Under the pieces are notes generated by a model. It was not told the DNA's origin, made no database searches, and worked only from the letters and a program-made list of their open reading frames with translations. A stretch of DNA of 62,941 nucleotides, the filler included, from Collodictyon triciliatum (Eukaryota): assembly GCA_043381765.1 (NCBI GenBank). It is 34 parts of 34 records of this genome, joined end to end, with 100 filler letters (N's around TTAATTAATTAA, not from the genome) between each part and the next. Parts side by side here need not be neighbours in the genome. Positions count along the whole stretch, not along the records: positions 50,103 to 51,850 come from JBHJMP010010307.1; positions 51,951 to 53,697 come from JBHJMP010010308.1; positions 53,798 to 55,544 come from JBHJMP010010309.1; positions 55,645 to 57,391 come from JBHJMP010010310.1; positions 57,492 to 59,249 come from JBHJMP010010311.1; positions 59,350 to 61,095 come from JBHJMP010010312.1; positions 61,196 to 62,941 come from JBHJMP010010313.1; 27 more parts are not named here. One strand, written 5' to 3'. This document shows positions 50,103 through 61,197 of the stretch, one piece after another (the stretch's first letter is position 1; each line of letters starts with the position of its first letter). The translations under genes and the position numbers were made by a program.

Positions 50103-51850
50103 GCTCCTAGAGAGTGAGGATTGAGCGTCTTCCAAGGGTCTTGCAGCTTGTGCCTGATTGTCCAGTCGACGAAAGGTTTGTCATTGCGTGTCGAAGACCC
50201 AGACCACTCGGTGCTGGCATCAAAAAGAGCGTTGAAGTCTCCGCAGATGATGATACGTTTCGCAGACTCCATCTCCTTAGAGGTAAGGTCATACTCGTGT
50301 ATTCTAGTATTTGAGCCAGCTGTTTGGAGCGACATGTATGTCGTCATTATACGAGTGTCAGCCCCATCGATTCTGATATCAAGACTTATGCAGCGGCCAG
50401 GAATAATCTCTCTGAAGCGAGGATTGAGTTTGGCTATCCATTTCTTGCATAGAAACGCGACACCTGCATGTCTCTGCTGATTATCGTCACAGGACCACAT
50501 TTGTGGACCTTTCCATATTTCATAGTTGTTAGATTATCAGGGCTGAGCCATGTTTCTTGGAGGCAGATGATATCTGCATGAGAGAAAAGAGCAGTGTTTA
50601 GAGCCTCTTTTCTTTTTTGGGGGTCGTTAATCCCCCTAGCGTTCCACGACAGAACGTTAAAACGCATGAATAACCTATTGGCTTTTGGAGGCCATAGCCT
50701 TCGGTGGTTGGCCCTCTCCGTTGGAGCTGGGTTGCTCAGAGTGGGATGGTTTACTCGTTATCCTTCATTTCCGGTTATAATTGCTGGCGGTTCGGCCAGG
50801 ATTTTTCGGATGGTCTTGGGCTTTTGGACTGCACCCCTTTGTAGCTGGTGTGTTGGAAGATGCACTCTGTTGGTTATTAGCAACCCTCGGTTCCAATTTT
50901 TCTCCCTCATCCACGCGGTAGGCAGGGCCACCCATGTTTCCACTTTCATTCTGGCTTGCTTTCTGGCTCGCTATATTCGGTGGTGTACTTGACTGAATCA
51001 TTCTCTTTTCCTCGGGCGATGGTTTATCTTCGGATGGTTCGATCTTTTTTGGTGCGCCAGTGATTGCAGGATGAGTAACCGGTGTTTTATATTCATGTAC
51101 GTTTCTTTTTCTTGGATAGGATTGTGTTTCTCGCTGGGGAGTCACAAGAGTTTCGACAGCAGGTCTGCTCCCATAAACAGTACTTGAGGAGTAGTTTGTC
51201 GTTCCCGAAGCTTCGAGGTGCTCACTTTCTTCTTCAGCAGAACCTTCTATGACGACGACAGGTTGGATGGACTGATGTTCCTCCAATCCCGAGTCTGGGT
51301 CGTCGCTTCTTATGGATTGCGAAGTACTTGCTGAAGAAAGAGTCTCTTGGGTGGTTCCAGGAGCCATGCCCTCTAAGGTGGCTGGTGGATGTGGTTTGCT
51401 GGGTGCCATTATGCTGTTTCCCGATTCTGTTACCGAGTTGGCTTGGGTTTCCCTTTCCTCGGCATCCTCTCCATGGTTTAAAGGTGAGCTTGGTGAGATA
51501 TTATCGGCTTGAGGAGGTTGGAAATCTTTGAGGTTATCGATGTTTCCTCCACTTCCTCGAAGCCATTCCACGATTGATATTGCTTCCTCCGTGTTCACTG
51601 GTGAACTTGATGCACTTTCGGGAAAATTGCCTTTTTTTCGTCCATCATTTCGATATCCGTTTCTTGATTTTGGGGCCGCTCTTGAACCTTTGTCTTGTTT
51701 GAGACTTCGAGCACTTCATCCACGGATTTCTTGTCGCGATGTCTCCCTCTGGCATTAGAGGACGACGCGTGTTGCCTTTGGCCTTGTTTGTGGGCTCTGG
51801 GCTTGTTTTGCACAGACGATTCCTGCACGGTTGGCCAGTCTTTAGCGCTG
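50103..51850 (-). mobile_element. L1/Tx1-type LINE: broken ORF1 followed by ORF2 APE endonuclease (ATG 50667), frameshifted
   Basis: MRFNVLSWNARG..ADIICLQETW..AGVAFL..GRCISLDI..IICGDFNA..LQDPWKTLNP; the ORF1 frame ends 7 nt before the ORF2 ATG; frameshift near 50500 and a premature TGA at 50765. Confidence 0.92.
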
Positions 51851-53460
51851 NNNNNNNNNNNNNNNNNNNNNNNNNNNNNNNNNNNNNNNNNNNNTTAATT
51901 AATTAANNNNNNNNNNNNNNNNNNNNNNNNNNNNNNNNNNNNNNNNNNNNTTGGACTGATTCTAAGAACAGACTTGGAGAATTCCGAGATGGGTCTTAGA
52001 ATCAGATCACAGATCCCAAGGACGCACTTGGGTGTCCAGTTGTTACACTATTCGATCAAGTTCAAGAATACAAAGCAACCTTTCCCAAAAAAATAATAGT
52101 CGCAGAGACGAGAGTAAAATAATACTGAACTGCCTTTTTTTCTGTGCCCATATCGAGAGAGGCCAGCTCTTTGCTACCCATTATCTGCCGCATTCCTCCG
52201 GGCTTCATCAAGGGCGACATCGAAGGTACGTGAAAAAACATCACCTCATCCTCACAGTATTCTTCAATGGGTTAAAACGTGTTTTTGATGAATGAAGCGC
52301 TGAATAACAATCCCACATCAGAACTACCCAAAGTATAAAAATTATTCTATGTTACGTTTCCCTTCTATTTCGTACTCTGTCCAAGAACACAAGGGAAAAG
52401 CCAAAAGAAAATATCATGGTTAACACCGCCACAAATACTAAAAGAACGACCCTTCAAGTATAGAAAGACAATGTCGACCCTTTTAAACCCAACCACCCAG
52501 AGCTATGGAAGAATAAGCATCGCTCAAGCAAGAGCAACTCATACAAGAGTTGTCCAAAAAGAGCGGACGGGTTCTTGGAGACGCGCCTCACACTAAAACA
52601 ATCTGGGCAATCAATTCAAGGTGCAATATTATGAAGTCAGAATTATTTCCTTTTGATGCAAAATGAAAGTTTACTTTTTCACTCGAATAGTATTAGTATA
52701 CAAGGATAATTCTTAACGAAGCTTATATTTCATGATTTGTCAGTTACTGCAAGGCTTATTTGGAAAGAACGCTCACGTTGAATGAAGGCAAGCACCTATA
52801 CCTGCAAAACTTAAGTGGTGGTTTGGTTTTTTTTTATCCCACGTAAAGCCTTCACGATGAAAATCCCAGGCTATAATTAACGGAGAGTAGTCCATGAGTA
52901 TCGGTACTACGATTTTATTTTGTTTGTAAATTTGTCATTCTGTCGGAACGTACTAACCATCACATATAATTTGAGATATTTGCACAGTTTCGATTAGATT
53001 CAAAGGAATTATATAAGTTGACCTGGAAGAATATCAATCTATCACGCAGACTTGCATACATCACAATTGTTGTATTATACGAAATATTTAGCATTAAGAG
53101 AATGTTTAGTGGCTGTATGATGCATAAGCAAATCACATCCTTATTATTTACAAGAAAGCAATTAAAAAGCACAGAATTCATCTCATATTGAGATATATTC
53201 GTATTGACGAATAGTTTATTTCATAATAAAGAAAAATAAAGATATTTAGAGTTGTAATATTGAGCTTTAAGCTTTAATACAATATAATCTTATTAGCCTA
53301 TCGAAATTATCTAAAACGCATTCAAAATATGAATCGATAAATCAAACAACTTCCATTCATGAAAAAGTAGAATAATTTTATTGATAATTGGTATATATTA
53401 TAACCCATGAATACGATGTTTTTTATGCAACACACACGAAGGAATAGGAAGATTCGAAAC

Positions 53461-53697
53461 ATGTCTGCAACCGAAACAAGCACCGAGGCCAACGTCAGCC
53501 TTGTCACCATTGACGAAGTCTGCACAAATGCATACATTATCTTCAAGAAATATTTATATATATATTGGTCAGGATTGATAACTTAACCTGGCTACTGAGC
53601 ACAGGCTGTCCTGGAATGGGTGAACCACCACCTGGGAAAAATCGAGCTCAAGGCGAAGAACATCCGCGATGACTTAATGGACGGATTCTTTTTGGCC
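53461..53697 (+). CDS. Calponin-homology (CH) domain protein, N-terminal two exons
   Basis: MSATETSTEANVSLVTIDE (53461-53517)/AVLEWVNHHLGKIELKAKNIRDDLMDGFFLA (53605-53697) fits the CH motif LxWVNxxL...xxDLxDGxxL. Confidence 0.75.
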
Positions 53698-54382
53698 NNN
53701 NNNNNNNNNNNNNNNNNNNNNNNNNNNNNNNNNNNNNNNNNTTAATTAATTAANNNNNNNNNNNNNNNNNNNNNNNNNNNNNNNNNNNNNNNNNNNNTAA
53801 TATCAAGATGTACATCTGCGTTCGTTTCATGAGATACTTATTGCCTTGCTCGTTCTTTTTATGTGGGCTGTTTTTCACAATAAGACAGTGATGTAAAATT
53901 TACTATTCCTTCGGTTGTGTATCTAATAATATCCCCAAGTAACTCTTTCAAATAACTGTCGGGAGGACATCCGAAAACTATGGGGAGGTATCAACTTCAC
54001 CGGTATAATGGGTAATTTTTTTTTTGGTTTCTTTACAACAGTTTATTAACAAAAAAATAAAGCCGAGGAAACCTCTTCGCCTCTAGGACAAAAATGAGCT
54101 GTGGACAAGACAGTGGAAACCCCCGGATTGTGTGGTTAGAGTTTTTGTGTTTTTTGAAATGAAGAAAAAGAAAAAGAAAAAGAAAAGAGAGAAAGTTTTC
54201 TCACACGCAGACTATTCTACCCAAGTAATCAATTCCTACGCGATTTCTGGTTGTATTCGAGACTGACAGAAGAGCGGATAAAGTTGTCGGGTCGATGAAA
54301 GTACGCACATGGCAGTAACTTCTCAAATCGATTCCGACGAATCCTTTCAACCGTCTATCTCAGACAGGGTTTACATCCTATT

Positions 54383-55319
54383 TCATTCCACAGGATGAGT
54401 CTTTTGAGGGGACAGCAGGTCACTTTCCTTGCGTTTCTTGCTGGGCGACTCTGACAAAAAGCGATACATTGTTGTTTGTCTGGTATTATCGGAAGTGGCG
54501 CTTGACCGTCCCCTGGTTTCGAAACCATGCGTAGCCGGCAATGGACTTTGCTTAACCGAGGTATGGATACGCGTTTGTGGTTTTAGAAACATACGCTCCT
54601 GCTTTCTCGGATTGTCTTTGGTGTGTGAAGTTCCAAGCTTGGATTCGACTTGTGCTGTTTGCGCTTGCTCCTTGGTTCTCGGTGCGACGGGCTGGGGCAG
54701 GATAAACGGACTATCTTTGGTGGGCGCTGGTTCTTGTGTTGCCTTCGCTTTGGAGTCTTCTTTCGGATAAGTAACGAAGACTGCCTTGAGGCATCCTATG
54801 TTAACCATATTCACGTCAGTCTGAATGGGTAGTTTAAGGGGGGATTTCTTTCAGGGGTTTGGAGATGCGCTGCTCTTGGGTCTTGCGATGTGCGGGCTTG
54901 TCCGGTGTTGGCGATAAAGGGCTCAAGTGCGAGGATTCTGAAGAGGAACCGAGATTTTCTTCCATGTCATCGTCGCTATCGCTATATGCGCGCATCTGCT
55001 GTAAGTCTTGCGGGCTCTGTTGTTGCCTGGCCTTGGCTTCCTCGACCCCGTTGCTGCTTGTCTGCTTGTCAGGTGTATTCTTTTGTGGGATTTTTACTTG
55101 TCATTCGTTATTCGCAGCTGGCGGACGCTCTTTGAGGATGCGCTTTGGATACTTCTTGCCCCGACCGTAAACTTTGCAGGGAGCTGGTACTTATGGCAAT
55201 GAAGCTTCACCACGGCCGTGTCTGTGAAGAAGCCTTTGTCCTTTTTGATCTCCACATGGGTCGGTCTGGACGTTTTCAGCTCCTCACGAAGGATTTGCGG
55301 TCACATGTCCAGCGGTAGT
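54383..55319 (-). mobile_element. Mosaic of decayed LINE ORF1-like fragments
   Basis: 54861-55319 aligns by eye to 11643-12103; 54383-54814 is a T/P/K/S-rich ORF1-like piece. Confidence 0.7.
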
Positions 55320-55347
55320 AAGCAGAGCATCAATGAAGTATTTAACT

Positions 55348-55544
55348 GCCACGCATCATGATATTCTACGACCTCGAGAAAGCATATGACTATGTGAATC
55401 ATGAAGTCCTAGAAATTATCCTAAAAAAGTGAGGATTCTGCTCAAAGTTCACCACACTCATCAAGAAGCTACACGACAACGCCGCAACTAGGGTTCTGAC
55501 TGCACACGGCCCTACCGACATAATCCAGAGACAAAGCGGCGTCT
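55348..55544 (+). pseudogene. Non-LTR reverse transcriptase fragment with stop and frameshift
   Basis: IFYDLEKAYDYVNHEVLEIILKK*GFCSKF..LIKKLHDNAATRV..GPTDIIQRQSGV, the D..KAYD.V.H to GVxQG region of LINE RT. Confidence 0.88.
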
Positions 55545-55766
55545 NNNNNNNNNNNNNNNNNNNNNNNNNNNNNNNNNNNNNNNNNNNNTTAATTAATTAA
55601 NNNNNNNNNNNNNNNNNNNNNNNNNNNNNNNNNNNNNNNNNNNNAAGAAAAAAAGAAAAAAAGAAAAAAAGAAAAAAAGAAAAAAAGAAAAAAAGAAAAA
55701 AAGAAAAAAAGAAAAAAAGAAAAAAAGAAAAAAAAGAAAATAAAAGAAAAAGAAGTCAACCCCCAC

Positions 55767-56230
55767 TTGCTAATCTTGGCAATGTCTTTGATATCAACAG
55801 ATGCAGCTCTTGAAATCTCTGTTATTGAAAATATGTTTGTTGCTCTTGACGCAGAATAGACGCACGCAGATAATACCAGATCGATTTTTCTATTTCTATG
55901 CGGCACGCGGCACCAATTCATGCGAAATCTGCCGTTCAAGGATTAAAGAGAAATAAAGTAAGACCAGGGGCTGGTGTAATTAGAATTAAAATATGTTTTC
56001 CCCCCATTTTGTAATAAAATAAAGCTCAGAAACTAATATAAATGAACGCACATATCTAAGATGGTCTCAAAAATAGATTGGTTAATATTCAGTAACAGAG
56101 AAAAATCAACAAGCGACAAGTAAGCTGCGACGTAAGGGCATGTATCGGTTCGCGGCTTTGAAGACTCCTGAACCTAATGATATCCCAAAGTTTCAACTCG
56201 ATGGAGAGTATGTCAGAGTGAGAAGCATAG
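55767..56230 (-). CDS. Cyclin-fold (TFIIB/cyclin-like) protein exons
   Basis: RKIDLVLSACVYSASRATNIFSITEISRAASVDIKDIAK resembles a TFIIB repeat (AACxYxAxR..TxxEI..V..K.I); upstream piece DILSIELKLWDIIRF is cyclin-box-like. Confidence 0.45.
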
Positions 56231-57342
56231 TATAATTTAAATGCTGATATATAAATATCTCTTTCAAAGAAAAATGGAACACGTTTTTTTTTATTAAAAT
56301 ATATTTGAAGAGAAATTTCAGATATAATTATTTTTTTTGCACAGAAAACAACATATGATATTCATATGATTATGCGTGAGCAATTTTGCACGAATTAAAA
56401 ACATGATTGTCATGATTATTAACTTGAATTTGATTTACTCCTTCTAAGGACATTTGAGAGGAACTTTCCATCTAAGAGGGTGTAGTTGTCTAATTTTAGG
56501 AACTAATATTCCGAATCAACCTTGTATAATATCATATATATATTAAAATCTAGTGTTGAACCTACATTCAAATTAAAGTCTCTAACTATAGATGCATTTT
56601 GCACTCCGCTGGAAGGACACTCTATGCGCGAAGAATTCTCATTGACGTACTCTTCTAAAGGAGTCACATAGTCAAGCAGTCCGCTGCGTAATAGATTCCA
56701 AAATTAAGAGAGCCCGCTTGTATCAATCATAAATCAAAATAAGGGGAAAAAAAAAAGCTAAGACTAATATTTAAAAGAACCATATATTGGTTGTAGTCGT
56801 GGTGTTTTTAAATGGATCCAAGACACAAAAGGTCGTTACAAAGCCGCTTGATGATTCCTAGATGTATATAAACCACTGATTTGACAGAACCGATAGCCTG
56901 GCGAAAAAAATAAATAATGACACCATTTTAAAAATAAAAATGAATAAAGTATAAATGATACGATGAAATGGAAATTACTATGTTACAATGCCATTATATA
57001 TCTTTATATGCAGGGTTGTGTTTCTCTAGAACATAGACGTGAGGTTAGTAGGAACGTACATCTAAGTTATCCTCGAGTAGATGCAACAAGAAAACATGAC
57101 AGTCTTCCAATTCGTAGTAACTACTCTCGATCTGCCTTTCAAGCCTGGGAAGCGTCGTCTCCATAAAACAAAACACTTTGTAAAAAGATAAAACGGAAAT
57201 CTTTTTTAGTGTCCCACTTTGTTAATAGTCATAAGAAGTTTGTTATAATAGACCAAACGTTGTTTTTTTTCTTATTAAGCAAAGAAGCTCGCGCAATAAT
57301 AAATGTTGACTGTTGAAAAAGAAAAAGAAAAAGAAAAAGAAA

Positions 57343-57374
<32 letters not shown>

Positions 57375-57617
57375 GAAAAAAAAAAAGAAAANNNNNNNNN
57401 NNNNNNNNNNNNNNNNNNNNNNNNNNNNNNNNNNNTTAATTAATTAANNNNNNNNNNNNNNNNNNNNNNNNNNNNNNNNNNNNNNNNNNNNAAATTTTAA
57501 AATTTTAAAAAAATAAAATAGAAAAATATAGGCGATTGGAGCCCGGGGTTTTTGCCTCAACCTCCACCACCCGATCATCAAGCGGAGGCGAAAAGTTGTT
57601 GGAGGGGGCGGCGGCGA

Positions 57618-57977
57618 TTATGTCATAGGACGAAAGCCTCGACCTGTTGATGCCAAGACATAAGCCTGACCGAGGTCTTGAATTCCTGAACCTATTGCCC
57701 GGGCATTTGTTAATTTAAATTCAGTATTTCCCAGGGTTGAAAGACCCCGGCCCAAATAGTTGGCTGCGGTAATTGTACTGACCAATGGATTTGCTATAGT
57801 TTGAAAAGCTGGTTTGATTCCTGTGCTCTGCAGCCCCAATTCAACCAACCCCCCACTGGCCTTATTCAAATCTGAATATGCGTCGTCCAGTCGTCTCAGT
57901 TTCTGTAATGCACCTTCCGTATGTCTTGTTAGAAATCGACCGACACCTCTTGCACCTTTTCGAACGTCTACAATCAT
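57618..57977 (-). CDS. Small basic G/A/L-rich hypothetical protein, intronless, virus-like
   Basis: 119-aa ORF with amphipathic helices, head-to-head with the next ORF across 32 nt. Confidence 0.65.
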   Translation of the reverse strand: MIVDVRKGARGVGRFLTRHTEGALQKLRRLDDAYSDLNKASGGLVELGLQSTGIKPAFQTIANPLVSTITAANYLGRGLSTLGNTEFKLTNARAIGSGIQDLGQAYVLASTGRGFRPMT

Positions 57978-58009
57978 ATTATGGCCAAGAAAATTATATA
58001 TTCTAAAGT

Positions 58010-59249
58010 ATGAGTAGCAGAGAACAACTTATACAAAATAAGGTTGACCAAATGAATAGAGAAAATAAACCTCTTGAATATTGGAAAGATAAAGGTAAAG
58101 AATATAAGATACCGGAAAATTTAAATAAATATCAAATTATTAGAGCTATTGCAGAAAAAATGGTAGATCAAGAATCTAAAAAACCAGTGTCACCAGCACC
58201 TAAAGTAACAAAACCTACAGCAGAATCATCACAATCTCCACGACTTGAATTAGTACATTTTAAACCTACAGCAGAATCAGAACCAGAACCAGCAACTGTT
58301 GAAATTGTAACAAAAAGAACTTTACATAGATTATATCAAAATTATGATAGGAATAAGTTTGAAGAAAAATTACATAAAAATTTTAAGCGTAGACTCAAAT
58401 CAGATATGAAAGAATTAGAGGCCGTAGAATTTTATTTAGAATTACAAAAAAAAAATTATGTTAAAGTGATGGCTGATAAATTTACAAAAGCTGCCAAGAC
58501 AAAAAACGATGTATTAAGATTTTATAAATTTTTTATTGATACAGCGGCAGGACTTGATGAATATGTCACATATGAACATCCATTAATGAAAGACATAGTA
58601 GACTATTCTAATACAACAGGAACTAATATACAAAAGTTAGCTGAATTTGCACTTAATGATTATTATGAACAAATGTACAAAATTACAGAATTTTTAGAAT
58701 TGCTTAAATCTACCAGTGCGGTTGATCAAAGAAAAGCCAAAAAAATGCAAGAGGACGGAGAAGAACCAGGTGAGCCGTATGACTTGGATGATTACATTGA
58801 CCAATTGGATAAAAAATATGTAACTGGATTGGTTGAAATAAAAGATGTTAAAAATTATCAAACATATTTAGAATGGTTCAAACAGCAACACCAACCGTAT
58901 ATTGTAAATGAATTTTTTTATGGGCAAGACGAAGAAAATCCAGATTGGAGAAATGAACGAAGCGAAATAAATTATTTACGGCAAGCTTTATTTGAAACTT
59001 TTAATCAAAAGAATGTTGCAGAATATGAAAATTTGGTTTATAAATATGTTTACAACCCTGATGACACTGTTGACGACGTACTACAAAAATATGCAGATAG
59101 ATTACTCGTATTGCAACCTGCTGAAGCTATTAATGCTAAATTTACTAAATGGCAGCCATCCAAACTATATACAACTATAAACGAACGTGAGAAATTGGCT
59201 AGAGATCCATTTAAAGGTAAAGACTTGAATTTTGTTATCGGTGGTGTTA
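58010..59249 (+). CDS. Large intronless AT-rich hypothetical protein, 3' partial, virus-like
   Basis: >413 uninterrupted codons with strong A/T third-position bias; N-terminal HeH/Rho-N-like segment (LEYWKDKGKEYKIPENLNKYQIIRAI); duplicated KPTAES. Confidence 0.8.
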
Positions 59250-59349
59250 NNNNNNNNNNNNNNNNNNNNNNNNNNNNNNNNNNNNNNNNNNNNTTAATTA
59301 ATTAANNNNNNNNNNNNNNNNNNNNNNNNNNNNNNNNNNNNNNNNNNNN

Positions 59350-59448
<99 letters not shown>

Positions 59449-59454
59449 TTTCAG

Positions 59455-60141
59455 TCATATTTAAAAATGAGAGGAGTATCCAGTGTCGGCCACAATGTGT
59501 TCCGAGCTCAGGTATATTGGTCCTTTCTTCGTTGAGGAGTATATATTGCATGGCATGATATAAGTTAGCATCATAAATTAAAACGACCGGTTGCTTTCGC
59601 ACTTAATTTCCAAACAGATTCGCTCATACATATTCATGGCCTATTACAACTGGATAGTCATATCTCTCATATCTTTCATACTCTTTACGAGGGGAGTATA
59701 TGTGAGTTTTTCGTTATTTATGTATTCGATGCGATTATATCATATTTTCATTCATGTTAAAATTAATGTACAAAAAATAATCATGTAGAATGAAGGACAA
59801 GATAGTATGATAGAGTATATAACGTGTGCATTCGGGTTCTCTGATCCCTTTGTACCTGTTAACGAGTGCGTTCTGGACCGCCCAGTTTCTTTTTCGTTTG
59901 TTCTTTACACAGTGCTGATTGTATTTGGTCAGGTGGGTTTCCTTTCACGTATTCAAGCAAAGATTCAACGTGTTAACATTTAGTTCATCTATCATAGGGA
60001 GCATTCCTCTTTGCAACTTTCATGACCACTCCAGATGTTATTGGTTGTTGGAGAGCATTAATATTGGAGAAACGTTTTGACTATGACCCTCGTTCACATC
60101 TTAATAAGACAAACTCGAAGTTAATATATTACCAATTTTAA
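59455..60141 (+). CDS. Frizzled/Smoothened-like (Fsl-type) GPCR, C-terminal TM6-TM7 exons
   Basis: Four GT-AG exons: ..FRAQ/IRSYIFMAYYNWIVISLISFILF..Y/..IEYITCAF..NECVLDRPVSFSFVLYTVLIVFGQ/GAFLFATFMTTPDVIGCWRALI; the Y..C...C...RP loop and post-TM7 W match class F receptors. Confidence 0.6.
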
Positions 60142-61021
60142 AAAAATATACATCAGTCATCGTATTTTTAATATTTTTCTTTCAATTTTAAAGCATTTTA
60201 AAACATGTGTCTTTTATAACTATTACTTTTTCTCTTATCATCTGTTTTTGTATTTTATTATTTTCTTATTTTTGTTGCTTGGCGAGTGCTTCGGTCAAGA
60301 AAAAACCCATGAAAAATAAATCCAAAAAATTATTGATTAACATAGGGGCGACATGAACAAGTTGTCGAAAGATTTAAAAACGTCGATTAACGCAGGCCCA
60401 TCGAGCAAAGATTTGGAGTTGGCTTCGATGCAATTTGCCAGCAACGAGGCAAAAGCCTCCCTCGGGGTTGATTGAAAAAGGGTGCAAAGCACTATACAAC
60501 GGAAGCACCAACAGTCATGGGAGAGTCGAAATCGACAATAAACCCCTCCCCAGCCATGAATCCGCAAAAGCATGCATTCTATATAACAAAGTCTACCTAC
60601 TTTCTTCAAAGTCGCACCAACTCTGCGGCCGTTTGCCTTGTGTGTGGCTTCGGCACCCGAGTCTCAAATCGCGTATTCCTGCAGTAGGAGCGAAATGGAT
60701 GTGCGCAGTCGAGCCTGTTATGACCGCTATGGACGCGCAGTTCTAAATTTTCCACAATCGGCAAATCAACATTTTCCTCTCTGCTCAATCATGATCCTTC
60801 TGTCACAATCCCGTCTGTCTGTGATCTGGTGGGCATCTGATTTCGTCCGGCTCGCCCGTCGTTGTGGAGGCAGCGTTTTTGCAGTTGTCTGCTTACGAAG
60901 GGGAATGGCTTGTGACCCTTCAGTTGTTGGCATGTTTTGTGACAGTGGCGCACGACGGCTCGTTATGAGTCTTGGACTTTTTCTTTTTCTCTTTTCTCTT
61001 TTTTTCTTTTTTTCTTTTTTT

Positions 61022-61095
<74 letters not shown>

Positions 61096-61197
61096 NNNNN
61101 NNNNNNNNNNNNNNNNNNNNNNNNNNNNNNNNNNNNNNNTTAATTAATTAANNNNNNNNNNNNNNNNNNNNNNNNNNNNNNNNNNNNNNNNNNNNAG

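Noticed and set aside
53578-53592. U1 snRNA 5'-end-like sequence (ACTTAACCTGGC)
   Set aside because: Imperfect match, lies in an intron near the branch region of the CH-domain gene, and no U1 stem-loops or Sm site follow.
50765-55432. TGA reassignment or readthrough suggested by in-frame TGA in retroelement ORFs
   Set aside because: The same elements also carry frameshifts, and intact genes end in TAA, TAG and TGA; decay explains the stops.
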